NCBI GenBank assembly: GCA_951406725.2
Contig: OX597824.1
Coordinates: forward strand, 12,958,001 to 13,022,000
Origin: Octopus vulgaris
Taxonomy: Eukaryota
Direction of reading: 5' to 3'
Length of the DNA stretch: 64,000 bases
Shown: in pieces, positions 1 through 12,440 of the stretch
Position numbering within the stretch: position 1 is the first letter of the stretch
Layout: every line of letters starts with the position of its first letter
Translations under genes and position numbers: made by a program
The notes under the pieces: model-generated
What the model was told of the DNA's origin: nothing
The model's input: only the letters and a program-made list of their open reading frames with translations
The model's database searches: none

Positions 1-912
1 ATATAATGTATAGGCTAAAAGATAAACCAGATGCAAATTGCCTGGACAATGAAACAGAACCAGATATAATGTATAGGCTAAAAGATAAACCAGATGCAAA
101 TTGCCTGGACAATGAAACAAAACCAAATATAATGTATAGGCTAAAAGATAAACCAGATGTAAATTGCCTGGACAATGAAACAAAACCAGATATAATGTAT
201 AGGCTAAAAGATAAACCAGATGTAAATTGCCTGGACAATGAAACAAAACCAGATATAATGTATAGGCTAAAATATAAACCAGATAATAAATTGCATGGAC
301 AATGAAACAAAACCAGATATAATGTATAGGCTAAAAGATAAACCAGATGCAAATTGCCTGGACAATGAAACAAAACCAGATATAATGTATAGGCTAAAAG
401 ATAAACCAGATGCAAATTGCCTGGACAATGAACAAAACCAGATATAATGTATAGGCTAAAAGATAAACCAGATGTAAATTGCCTGGACAATGAAACAAAA
501 CCAGATATAATGTATAGGCTAAAAGTTAAACCAGATGTAAATTGCCTGGACAATGAAACAAAACCAGATATAATGTATAGGCTAAAAGATAAACCAGATG
601 TAAATTGCCTGGACAATGAAACAAAACCAGATATAATGTATAGGCTAAAAGATAAACCAGATGTAAATTGCCTGGACAATGAAACAAAACCAGATATAAT
701 GTATAGGCTAAAAGATAAACCAGATGCAAATTGCCTGGACAATGAAACAAAACCAAATATAATGTATAGGCTAAAAGATAAACCAGATGTAAATTGCCTG
801 GACAATGAAACAAAACCAGATATAATGTATAGGCTAAAAGATAAACCAGATGTAAAAATTGCATGGACAATTGCCTGGACAATGAAACAGAACCAGATAT
901 AATGTATAGGCT
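1..912 (+). repeat. 63-bp tandem array (~14 copies); the + frame encodes MYRLKDKPDVNCLDNETKPDI
   Basis: Unit ATAATGTATAGGCTAAAAGATAAACCAGATGTAAATTGCCTGGACAATGAAACAAAACCAGAT repeated directly; unit length is a multiple of 3. Confidence 0.95.
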
Positions 913-1132
913 TCTCTTGTAATGCTTTAATATCTATTTCAGTTTCCTGTTGCGTTGGTTTAATATCAGTTGAGAGCTGATGTTGCCGTGATTTAGGTTC
1001 TGTTGGACTTAGCTGATGTTGACTAACTTCTTTTACACTCTGCTCTTGTGGTTTCATATTTGTTTCATTCTGTTGTTGCAGTGGTTTAGTTTCTGTTGCA
1101 TTTCCCAGTAGGTTCACCATTATGTTGAAGGC
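908..1132 (-). CDS. KIZ: Kizuna-like, exon 12, 5' part (AFNIMVNLLGNATETKP...ETEIDIKALQEKP); runs into the 63-bp array, true end not visible
   Basis: TTTCTTTTGTTAG acceptor, phase 0. Open Q/E/K/P-rich frame with no donor before the repeat array. Confidence 0.7.
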
Positions 1133-1876
1133 CTAACAAAAGAAATCATTGATATAATGTTAAACATTGATCAGATATATACAGCAGCACAGATATATTA
1201 AGTTACATACAAATATATACTCATGGACACATAAATAAACAGCTTCACACACATACAGACACACACATAAATAGCTCCAAATACACAAATGTACAGACAC
1301 ACAGCTACATATATACATACACATACAGAGTTGCTGAAGCATGGAACAGACTGCCGGCATCAGTTGTTAGTTGTCGGAGCACTGCATCCTTCAATACTTC
1401 CATGCTTCCTGAGATTCGCCAACACTACACCTGATTTTCCCCCCTCCATACACACATAAGCATGTATCTGACTCATACACTGTTCGCTTTCGAGACATTT
1501 GTACATTACTGCATATGCTTTATACACACTTTTTGACAAGTTGTGGTGCACCTGAGCACTGTATACAATAATTTCATTATTATATCATATATATACACAC
1601 ATGTACAGACACATACAGGCATGCATAGATATATTTACACACACACGGTTGCATAAACATACATATACATACAAACAAATGTGGGGGAATAATTTGTAAA
1701 GAAACATTGTAAAACCACTATTGTGCACGCACACACACACACATAACATACACAAATATATATCGATGGTGATGGAGATGGATGTCAATGATGATAATGA
1801 TGATGATAATAGATTAGATGTTTGTCAGTGTAATGCATTTGTTTCAGAAAGAAGATGAATATTAATAAGGACTTAC

Positions 1877-2027
1877 CTGCGTTTGGTAGTTGGAGTCTTT
1901 GTGTAGCAACGAAGGAATGAAGACAGCTGCCAGTTCTGGTACGGTCATTATGTTATTATTTACAATACGTTGGAAATGAAGAAACAGGCGTTTCCATAGA
2001 CTGGTTGCTGGTGGACAATCTCCAAGA
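1877..2027 (-). CDS. KIZ: Kizuna-like, exon 11 (LGDCPPATSLWKRLFLHFQRIVNNNIMTVPELAAVFIPSLLHKDSNYQTQ)
   Basis: TTCCAG acceptor (an alternative in-phase AG would start the exon at 2033) and CAG|GTAAGT donor; phase 2 to 0. Confidence 0.82.
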
Positions 2028-2087
2028 CTGGAACTTCAAGAGAAAATACAAATACAACAACAATATATGTACACACACACAAATATA

Positions 2088-2730
2088 TCATCATCATCGT
2101 TTAATGTCCGTTTTCCGCGCTAGCATGGGTTGGATGGTTCGAGCGGGGTTTGGGAAGCCAGGGGCTGCACCAGGATCCAGTCTGATCTGGCAGTGTTTCT
2201 ACAGCTGGATGCCCTTCCTAACGCCAACCACTCCGCGAGTGTAGTGGGTGCTTTTTACGTGCCACCGGCACAGGTGCCAGGGAAGTCTGGCATCAGCCAC
2301 GATCAATTGGTGCTTTTAACGTGCCACCGGCATGGAAGCCAGCCAAGGCGGCGCTGGCATCGGCTACGTTCGGATGATGCTTTTTATGTGCCACTGGCAC
2401 AGAAGCCAGTCGAGGCGGCGCTGGCATCGGCCACATTCGGATGGTCCTTTTTATGTGCCACCGGCACAGGTATCACAACTACTATTTCCATTGATATTTG
2501 TTTCGATGTTCATGTACATGTACTTGACTCAACAGGTCTCCTCAAGCACAGCAGGATGTTCTGGGATCCAAGGTACTTTGAATGGGCAGAGGCTATGCGG
2601 AACTGGTGCAGGAAGCAGTTCGGGTCTTTGCAGTCACAGAACATCTCCAGAGATCTCAGTCCTTCGCCATTGCTTCAGTGAGGCCCAATGCTCTGGGGTC
2701 ATGCTTGACTACCTCATCCCATGTCTTCCT
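2088..2730 (+). mobile_element. SINE/LINE-tail repeat with a (CAT)n end (representative; further copies at ~2820-3100, 8340-8970, 9620-9930, 10710-11010, 21490-21790, 23100-23350)
   Basis: Shared CATCATCGTTTAATGTCCGTTTTCC...CAGCTGGATGCCCTTCCTAACGCCAACCAC motif in many copies. Confidence 0.75.
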
Positions 2731-2761
2731 GTGTCTATACATATCAGTCTCTCTCTCTCTT

Positions 2762-2810
<49 letters not shown>

Positions 2811-3129
2811 AAATCGTAATCTATCAACATCAGTGGAATTTGTAGCTGTGATACCAGTGCCGGTGGCACGTAAAAGGCACCATCCAACCGTGGCCGTTGC
2901 CAGCTTCATCTGGTCTCCGTGCCAGTGGCACGTAATAAGCACCATCTGATCATGGCTGTTTGCCAGCCTCGTCTGGCACCGTAAAAAAGCACCCACTACA
3001 CTCACAGAGTGGTTGGCGTTAGGAAGGGCATCCAGCTGTAGAAACACTGCCAGATCAGACTGGCATGGAAAGCGGACGTTAAACGATGATGATGATGATG
3101 ATATATATATATATATATATATAATAACA

Positions 3130-3610
3130 AAATAATAATAATAATAATAATATAAATAATATATAAATATATGCATATATACATACATATATGTACATAC
3201 CTACATATATATGTATATATACACATGCATATATGGGTACAGGACATCAAAAAAACATTGAACACAATGAGAAACGAAAACATAAAAACAAAAACATAGA
3301 AAACGAACTTTTTTCCGAACAATGAAAAAAGTCAAGAATTGAGATAGGCAACATAAAGAATGATCCCCTTCATCAGTTGTCCCTGTTTCATCTACTCCGT
3401 GTTTCAAAGGCAAGGACAATACGTGACTTCATTGAAACAGTCCTACACAGTCTTTATTTTCTCTCCTTGTTTCTTTTTGTGTTCTTTCTGTGGAAAAGCA
3501 CAGGCTCGAAACATTAAAGACTTTTTCATTTCCCGAGCATTAAACTGATACATCTGTTTGTTGTCTACACCACCTGTCTTCATCTTCTGTTTTTTTGTGA
3601 ATTCTCCCCA
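3130..3610. mobile_element. Penelope-terminus-like repeat fragment; related copy at ~54000-54300
   Basis: The segment TCTGTGGAAAAGCACAGGCTCGAAACATTAAAGACT...TCTACACCACCTGTCTTC...ATTCTCCC matches the reverse complement of 54001-54130 and has a degenerate hammerhead-like core. Confidence 0.45.
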
Positions 3611-3630
3611 TATATATATATATCAAGCAT

Positions 3631-3869
3631 AGTCCCTAACAGCTGTTTCAATTAAGCCTAATAGATTAAAATAGCAATTATTAAAATCATTATATTAGGC
3701 AAAATCTCTTCAGAGGTGCAGAAAAAAGATATACCGTTAGGTTTTTAAGTGTTGTATTTTAGAACAGACTATCTTTTTTCTACCCCTCTGAGGAGATTTT
3801 GCCTAATGTAATGATTTTAATAATTGCTATTTAATCTATTAGGCTTAATTGAAACAGCTGTAAGGGACT
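3631..3869. repeat. Fold-back of two inverted hammerhead-bearing ~100-bp arms (Penelope-terminus-like)
   Basis: The arms are reverse complements. The + arm (3784-3866) reads CCCU-CUGAGGA-stem II-GAAA-CAGCUG-UA/AGGG. Confidence 0.7.
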
Positions 3870-4194
3870 GTTTGATTTTTGCAGATAAGTTTTTATTAAA
3901 TATTACATCTCCATTTTTTTTACTTTCTTTTCAGTGATTATAAACCATAATATATATATATACATATACTCTTACTCTTTTACTTGTTTCAGTCATATGA
4001 CTGTGGCTATGCTGGAGTACCACCTCTCAGTCGAACAAATCTGCCTCAGGACTTCTTCTTTGTAAGACTACCTAGTACTTATTCTATCAATCTCTTTTTA
4101 CTGAACTACTAAGTGATGGGAACGTAAACACACCAACATCAGTTGCCAAGCAATGGTGGGTGCTAACACAGACACAAACAACAAACACATATAT

Positions 4195-4241
<47 letters not shown>

Positions 4242-4246
4242 CATAG

Positions 4247-4299
<53 letters not shown>

Positions 4300-5229
4300 C
4301 GATGGGTTTCTTTCAGTTTCCGTCTACCAAATCCACTCACAAGGCTTTGGTTGGCTTGAGGCTATAGTAGAAGACACTTGCCCAAGGTGCCACACAGTGG
4401 GGCTAAAACCAGAACCATGTGGTTGGGAAGCAAGCTTCTTACCACACAGACACTCCTGCGCCTACATATATGTGTGTGAGTGTGTGTGTGTGTAAATGTG
4501 TGCGTATATATCTATATATATATTAATTAATAAATGAATGAGGAAAAAACACGAGCTACATAATCACTTTTATTAGCTTCCAGCTGTTTCTGTTGTAAGG
4601 AATAGTGCATCTCTTAGTTGAGTGTGCTTTCATAAAACAGCTTCTTCAGAGCCTTTTGAATAAAGTGGTTCTTGGTAACCCTTATAGCTAAGAAGAATCA
4701 TAACATATATAACAATGTACTTGCAACTGTAGTGCAGTGAATGATGAAATTTGGTCATCAAGGTTTATCATTCACTGCATAAGTAAGAACTAATTAATTA
4801 ATGACAGTCTAATTAACAGCTCTTTAAGTTAATGGGTATATAATTAACAACTGTATCACTAATGAGTAATAAATCAATGTCTGTATCTTTTATCTTCTAT
4901 CTTTTAGTTGTTGCAGTCATTGGACTGCAACCATGCTGGGTCACTGCACTGAAGGATTTAGTAGAACAAATTGACCTCAGCACTTATATCAATCTCTCTC
5001 GCCAGACTGCTAAGTTATGGAGATGTAAACAAACCAACATCAATTGTCAGTGTTGGGGGACAAACATAAACAAAAAAGACATACACGTGTGTATGTATGT
5101 GTAAAGAGGGTTTCCTTCAGTTTCCCTCCACCAATTCCACTCACAAAGTTTTGGTCAGTCTGGGGCTATAATAGAAGACCCTTGAAACCAAATGTGTTGT
5201 GCAGTGGGGCTGAATCCAAGACTGTATGT

Positions 5230-5570
5230 GAAGGCGCATGGCTCAGTGGTTAGAGTGTCGAGGTTACGATCGTGAGGTTGTGAGCTCGAATCCTGGACTG
5301 GGCTGCATGTTGTGTTCTTGAGCAAGACACCTTATTTCACGTTGCTCCAGTTCACTCAGCTGTAGAAATGAGTTGCGACATCACAGGTGCCAAGCTGTAT
5401 CGGACCCTTTGCTTTTCCCTTGGATAACACTGGTGGCATGGAGAGGGAAGGCCGGTATCCATGGGCGACTGCTGGTCTTCCATAAACCACCTTGCCCGGA
5501 CTTGTGACTAGGAGGGTAACTTTCTAGGTGCAATCCCATGGTCAGTGTCATGACCGAAGGGGGTCCCGAC
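5230..5570 (+). mobile_element. tRNA-derived SINE family D (other copies at ~19670-20010, 32148-32480, 60960-61295)
   Basis: TGGCTCAGTGGTTAGAG A-box and GAGTTCGAAT/TCC B-box-like head; shared body ending ATGACCGAAGGGGGTC. Confidence 0.8.
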
Positions 5571-5670
5571 CCAATGGTTGGGAAGTGATCTTCTGAACCA
5601 CACAGCCACTTAACAAACTATTAGCTTACGTTGCTTTCTTCTCAGTGAATCTAGGAAAAAAGAGACTTAC

Positions 5671-5841
5671 ATAACATCCTTCTCTGTAAGAGAAAGCCAA
5701 TCAGCAGAATGAAACAAGGAATCAGGCAGAAGACATTTGGTTGATATATTCTGGACGATAATTGATAACTGTTGGAAAGCAAGCATTGAAATGGCCACAG
5801 GATCCAACTTAATTTCAGCCTTGTTACCAGTGTTTGCAGCT
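5671..5841 (-). CDS. KIZ: Kizuna-like, exon 10 (AANTGNKAEIKLDPVAISMLAFQQL...CLLPDSLF...EKDV)
   Basis: AACAG acceptor and GTAAGT donor; phase 2 to 2; within ORF 5667..5849. Confidence 0.82.
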
Positions 5842-6175
5842 CTGTTCAAATAAGCAGATTATCAAAAAAAAAAAGTTATTTGTTTTTTTTTCAAAAATTG
5901 AAAATTTTAAAAAGCAGAAGAAAGACAGAGAAAAACATATGCGAGTCTGAAGAAACTTTTCTTTTTTGTTTCAGTCATTCAACTGTGGCCATGCTGGGGC
6001 ACTGCATAGAGGAGTTCGGTTGAAGAAATTGACCCCAGAACTTGGTTTGATTTTTCATAAACTCAGTACTTATTCTATTGGTTCCTTTTGCTGAGCAGGT
6101 AAGTCACAGGGACATAAACAAACCAATACTGGTTGTCAGGTGGTGGGAGGGGGAGAAATAGAAACACACCTTCAC

Positions 6176-6206
<31 letters not shown>

Positions 6207-6717
6207 AGGGGTTTCACATGGGTCCATCACCCAAATTCACTCACAGAGCATTGGTCAGTCCAGGGCTAGTGTAGAAGATACGTGTCTAATGTGCAGCAAG
6301 CTGGCAGAAAAGTTAGCACCCTGGGCGAAAGAAATGCTTTGTAGCATTTCGTCTGCCGCTGCGTTCAGAGTTCAAATTCTGCCAGGGTCGACTTTACCTT
6401 TCATCCTTTCGGGGTCAATAAATTAAGTACCAGTGATGCACAGGGGTCGATGTAATCGACTTAATCCATTTGTCTGTACTTGTTTGTCCCCACTATGTTT
6501 AGCCCCTTGTGGGCAATAAAGAAACAGGTAATGTGCAGTGAGATTGAACCTGAGATCACTTGACTGCAAAGTGGAATTGAACTTAGAATCATGGGGTTAA
6601 GAGCACGGGCTACTAACCCCCAAGATTCCGAGTTTGATTCCAAGCAGTGACCTTAATAATAATAATAATAATAGTAATAATAATAGTAAGAAAGAAAGAT
6701 GATTTTTTTCCACTTAC

Positions 6718-6873
6718 TTGATAATATCCTGTACACTCCTGTCTAGATTTTGAACTGTGCGATAATATTTGTCCTTGTTCGATTTAGCAGAGTGGAAAGT
6801 CTCTTCAATAATATCTAGCAACACAGTCAGACCATCCAGACTCAAAGTTTGTGTTGAGGGTTGTGAGCACCAT
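6718..6873 (-). CDS. KIZ: Kizuna-like, exon 9 (WCSQPSTQTLSLDGLTVLLDIIEETFHSAKSNKDKYYRTVQNLDRSVQDII)
   Basis: TAAAG acceptor and GTAAGT donor; phase 2 to 2; open frame translated by hand. The LSxxGxxxLLxxIE motif marks the start of a globular domain. Confidence 0.8.
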
Positions 6874-7091
6874 CTTTACAATATAATAAAATATAATATA
6901 TTAGTATTATGTATATACATTTTTGTTGTAGTTTTTACTAAGGGCAGTTTATATCTCTTGCTCAGAAAGTTTGGTATGTGGATTTCGGACACACATGCAA
7001 TTCTATGGCAGTTTGTTGTGCAGATTTAGGATAGACTGATGTGCAGTAAGAATTTGAAGGAGTTTAATAACTCTTTGATTAACAAGATAGT

Positions 7092-7245
7092 ACATTATTT
7101 ACATTATTTACATTTGATGGATATTGTTCCTCATCTTGTTTGTTGTTAACACAACCTTTCGGCTGATATACCCTCCAGCCTTCTTCAGGTGTCTTGAGGA
7201 AATTTCAAACATGGGTTCTCATTCCTAAGGTATTTTTCGATGTTA

Positions 7246-7310
<65 letters not shown>

Positions 7311-7678
7311 ATTATTATTATTCAGGTTACTGCTTGGAATCGAACTCGGAATCTTTGGGTTAAGAGCACAGGCTACTAACCCCAAGGTTCCGAGTTCGAT
7401 TCCAAGCAGAGACCTGAATAATAATAGTAATAATAATAATAATAACAATAATAATAACAATAATAATAATAATAACAATAATAATAACAATAATAATAAT
7501 GATAACATCGAAAAATACCTTAGGAATGAGAACCCAGGTTCGAAATTTCCCCAAGACACCTGATGAAAGCTGGAGGGTATATCAGTCGAAACGTGTTAAC
7601 AACAAACAAGATGAAGACAAATATCTGTCAAATGTAAGTAATGTACATAATTCTGCATCTCTTAAATATAGAACTGTG
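7092..7678. mobile_element. Palindromic element: tRNA-like centre, (AAT)n, hammerhead-like tails; 13-bp flanking direct repeat
   Basis: TTAACAAGATAGT at 7079-91 and 7679-91. Inverted arms around ~7368. GACAC-CTGATGA-A-stem-CGAAACG at ~7555-7598 and its mirror at ~7145-7193. Confidence 0.7.
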
Positions 7679-8012
7679 TTAACAAGATAGTGTTTGGAAC
7701 ACAACAAAAAACTTTCATGTAAAATCATGTCAGGAATATACAAACTTTTTAAAAGGAGTTAAGAATCACAGAACTGAACTAGAGGCAGTTTTTGGGGAGT
7801 TTTATATCAAAAGCATGATATTGTACAAAACATCCAGTACACTCTGTAGAGTGGTTGGCATTAGAAAGGGTATCCAGCCATAGAAACCAAACCAAAACAG
7901 ACGAGCTTGGTGCAGCTCTCTGGCTTACCAGCTCCAGTCAAATCTGCCAGCATAGAGAACATAAGTGAAATAATGATCAAATATTTTGTTTTCTTTATTA
8001 TAGTAAACTTAC

Positions 8013-8169
8013 TCATTTCCAAAGAGGCTGCTGTCAGAAACCACAGCATCAACAGGTTTAACATTTAGCTCTGCATCATTCGTGTCTGTCAGCATACCTT
8101 CTTCGGTTCCAAAGTCACTGATGTCTGATGGATCGTCACTGAGATCTATGTTGTTGGATGACCTGTTGG
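8013..8169 (-). CDS. KIZ: Kizuna-like, exon 8, acidic segment (NRSSNNIDLSDDPSDISDFG...LFGN)
   Basis: Poly-T GACAG acceptor and GTAAGT donor; phase 1 to 2. Confidence 0.8.
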
Positions 8170-10125
8170 CTGTCAAAAAAAAAAAATGTTTTTCAATTAA
8201 ATCTCTGAGTGCCAGACATGAGCTGTTGTTAACAATACTTTCATTGGTTTCAGTCAAAAGAACTGCAGTCGTGCTGCCTTCAAAGGTTTATTTACACTTG
8301 ATCGAAATCAAAATCAAAATCAAAGTGAAATTCGATGACAGGCACAAGCACCATCCGAGCGTGATCGTTGCCAGAGCGGCTAACAGGCTTCTGTGCCTGT
8401 GGCACATAAAAGGCACCATTCGAGTGTGATTGTTACCAGCTTCACCTTACAGGCACTTGTGCCCCGTGCTAGTAGGGTGCTAAGAGCACCATCCGAGCAT
8501 GATCGTTGCCAGAGCGGTTAACTGGCTTCTGTACCGGTGGCATGTAAGAGGCACCATTCGAGTGGGATCATTACCAGCGTCACCTTACTGGCACTTGAGC
8601 CCCGTGCTAATAGGGTACTAAAAGCACCATCCAAGTGGGATCGTTGCCAGAGCAGCCAATTGGCTTCCGTACCAGTGGCATGTAAGAGGCACCATTCGAG
8701 CGTGATCGTTACCAGCATCGCCTTACTGGCACCTGTGCTGTTGGCATGTGTAAAAAAATTTGAGTGAAGTCATTGCCAGTACCGCCTGACTGGCCCCCAT
8801 GCACCCACTACACTCTTGGAGTGGTTGGCATTAGGAAGGGCATCAAGCTGTAGAAACTCTGCCAGATCAAGACTGGAGCCTGGTGCAGCCATCTGGTTCA
8901 CCAGCCCTCAGTCAAACCATCCAACCCATGCTAGCAAAGAAAGCGGACGTTAAACGATGATGATGATGATAATCATATTAACCTCACTGCTTAATTGAAA
9001 CAGATTCTTATTGATCTCTATCGAATGGTTAAAATACGTTTTGAGATACATGGATGTAATTTAATGTATAATTTTACATCTATACACACACACACACACA
9101 CACATATCTGTTGTTTGTTTGTCTGTCTCTCTGTCTATATATAAGTGTCTATGTACACTTGTGTGTGTATGCATGTTTGTATTATGAATTCATTTAACCA
9201 TAGCAATACTAATAATCAGTTAAGAATTTTGTATACTTATATTTTACAATAAACCAGCAACTCACTTCATTCAAATAGTTCTGAAGAAGCTATAAGACAC
9301 TCAGCTCTGAGTGCATTCTTACTTAAAACAGAAACAACAGTAAGCTAATGAATGTGATCACTTAACTCCTGTTCTTTTGTTATTCATTCATTTATACATA
9401 CATATATATAGGTAGGAGCTAATTTTTATTCTCTGCCCACTTTCACCATGCTTGTTTTCAGTGAGCTTTCTGTGGCTTCGGAGTTCATCTGACTCCTATT
9501 TCTAGTACCATAATGTTTTTAAACTTGCCTGTATGGTCCATGCTTTGGATTGCCACTAATACCATTATTTACCATTCATAATAATATCCTTATATATTTA
9601 TATACACACACACATATATATGTGGCACGTAAAAAGCACCAACCGATCATGGCCGTTGCCAGCTTACCCTGGCACCTGTGCCAGTGGCACCTAAAAAGCA
9701 CCATCTTCCGTGTCAGTGGCACATAAAAATCACCAACTGAAGGTGGCCGGTGGCATGTAAAAAGCACCCACCACACTCACAGCGTGGTTGGCATTAGGAA
9801 GGGCATCCAGCTGTAGAAACACTGCCAGATCAGACTGGAGCCTGGTGCAGCCTCCTGGCTTCCCAGACCCCAGTCGAACCGTCCAACCCATGCTAGCATG
9901 GAAAACGGACGTTAAATGATGATGATGATGATATATATATCATTGTCTATCTATCTATCGTCAGAGCAATATATATGCACACTATCAATTGAGTTAGTTT
10001 AACAAAAGGTAACTGGCTACATAACATCAAATTTTTGAGAGAGAGGAGATATAGAGATAATGATGAGGAGAATAACAGTGACAATGAAAGTAATGATGAT
10101 GACAACAATACATAGGTTTTCTCAC

Positions 10126-10447
10126 CAATGCCAAAGCTATCACTGATAGATTCAACTGATTTACATGTAGCAGTTGGACAACGAACTATCTGCTCTGGAA
10201 GACTGTTTATACCAAATTCAGTATCCTCAGCAGCGCCATCAGTAATGTGTTTGTTCTCACTCACAGGCCCCGCAATATTTCCAGAAACATTTTCGGGAGT
10301 GTTCACAAGCTGACTTTTTGTAAACGTTTTGGTATTTGCTCCATAGATATTTCGGGAATCAAATTCTCCTGTTAGTTCCAATTTGGTGAGATCTGGTTTT
10401 AGCAGTCGCTTCTCTGAACTCTGGGCTTCTGAAGACATTTCCTCATT
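10126..10447 (-). CDS. KIZ: Kizuna-like, exon 7 (NEEMSSEAQ...SDSFGI)
   Basis: TTTTCTAATCTTAG acceptor and G|GTGAGA donor; 322 nt, phase 0 to 1; within ORF 9947..10438. Confidence 0.8.
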
Positions 10448-11279
10448 CTAAGATTAGAAAAACATCAACAATATAAATATTAACAGCAATTTTAATAATT
10501 CTTTCTAAGTTTTGGCATAAGACCAGCAATTTTGCAGGGAAGAGAAGTTGATTGCATGAAACAGGTGCTCAACTAGAATTTATTTTATTGACCCTCAAGG
10601 GATAAAATGTGAAGTAGACCTCAGTGGCATTTGAACTAAGAATATAAATCGAGAAGAAATGCTGCTAAGCATTTTGTCCGGTTTGCTAATGATTCTGCCA
10701 GGTGGCCGCCCAAAAAGCACCATCCGAACGTGACCGATGCCAGCACCGTCTTGACTGGCTTCCGTGCCGGTGGCACGTAAAAAGCACCAACTGATCGTGG
10801 CCGCTGCCAGCCTCCCATGGCACCGGTGCGAGTGGCATGTAAAAAAGCACCCACTACACTCACGGAGTGGTTGGCGTTAGGAAGGGCATCCAGCTGTAGA
10901 AACACTGCCAAAACAGACTGGAGCCTGGTGCAGCCTCCTGGCTTCCCAGACCCCAGTCGAACTGTTCAACTCATGCTAGCATGGAAAACGGACGTTAAAT
11001 GATGATGATGATAATGATGATAGTTACAAATTTTGGTACAGGGCTAGCAGCTCTTGAGGGGAAGGGGAAGTTGATTACATCAAGTCTAGTATTTGATTAG
11101 TACTTATTTCATCAACCTCAAAAAGATGAAAAGCAATGTTGACCCGTGTGGATTTTGTGCTTAGAATGTAAAAACAGGTGGAATGTCATTAAGCGTTTTG
11201 TCCAGTTTTAATAATACAGCATTTTAACAAGACACTCTCAATACCAACTCATGCTAACATTAACTTCAGTGATTACTAT

Positions 11280-11476
11280 TTTACATGTTTCAGTCATTTG
11301 AGTGTGGCCATGCTGGAGCACCACCTTTAGTTGAGCAAATCGACCCCAGGACTTATTCTTTGTAAGCATAGTACTTATTCTATCGGTCTCTTTTGCCGAA
11401 CCGCTAAGTTATGGGGACGTAAACACACCAGCATCGGTTGTCAAGCAATGCTGGGGGGACAAACACAGACACACAA

Positions 11477-11507
<31 letters not shown>

Positions 11508-11680
11508 CATATATATATACGATGGGCTTCTTTCAGTTTCCATCTACCAAATCCACTCACAAGGCTTTGATCGGCCCGAGGCTATAGTAGAAGACACTTG
11601 CCCAAGGTGCCATGCAGTGGGACTGAACCCAGAACCATGTGGTTGGTAAGCAAGCTACTTACCACACAGCCACTCCTACA

Positions 11681-11722
<42 letters not shown>

Positions 11723-11888
11723 CACGACGGGCTTCTTTCAGTTTCCATCTACCAAATCTACTCACAAGGCATTGGTTGGACCGAGGCTATAGTAGAAGAC
11801 ACTTGCCCAAGGTGCCACGCAGTGGGACTGAACCCTGAACCATGTGGTTGGTAAGCAAGCTACTTACCACACAGCCACTCCTGCGCCT
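11280..11888 (-). mobile_element. tRNA-derived SINE family A, with a tandem duplicated head (other copies at ~3970-4463, 17466-17853, 25342-25505, 28062-28350, 29128-29460)
   Basis: Head AGGAGTGGCTGTGTGGTAAG...GGTTCAGTCCC (A/B-box-like), internal (TA/TG)n and a CAAGTAAAAGAG tail. Confidence 0.8.
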
Positions 11889-12440
11889 GAACACAAAAAA
11901 AAAAACAATGTCTTCAACATGATGTAGCTGTCTTTTGGTTGTTGACCAATCTGCTAGAAATAAGTGTCAAAACATCTTCAATTCAAGACCTACAGTCTTA
12001 AAATGAAAGGACACATTGGATACTGTTAGTTCTGGATGAAGTATGGCCTCAATAAAAAATGGGATGGTCATATTGGAATGCCTTCAATCAGGGGTCTGCT
12101 CACAGATAATTGGCTAACATGGAAGAATTGTGTGAAGATATAAACAAGAAGTAAAAATATAAATAGATATAAAATTACTAGTAACGTTATACAAATAAAC
12201 CAAAGATCTTGGAAATTTGTCTTATTTTCTTGTTTTATATCTACCAGTTCAAAGTAGCTTAGAGAGGTATTTAGAAAACTTACTATATTTGCATACTATT
12301 GACACAGCTGTTCTTATAACTGGATGCTATTCCTACAGCTAACAAAGCAGTAAAACCTGTTTTTGTCAATCACTCACACTGAGGCATGCAGAGTTGCGTT
12401 CCTTGCCCAAAGGCTCAGCACAACTGCTGCAGTAATAATA

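Noticed and set aside
1-912. CRISPR array or stand-alone plus-strand gene
   Set aside because: No unique spacers, eukaryotic context, frameshifts at ~285 and ~431, and no supporting gene structure.
7355-7410. Functional tRNA gene (also applies to the SINE heads)
   Set aside because: No acceptor stem or complete cloverleaf; embedded in repeats.
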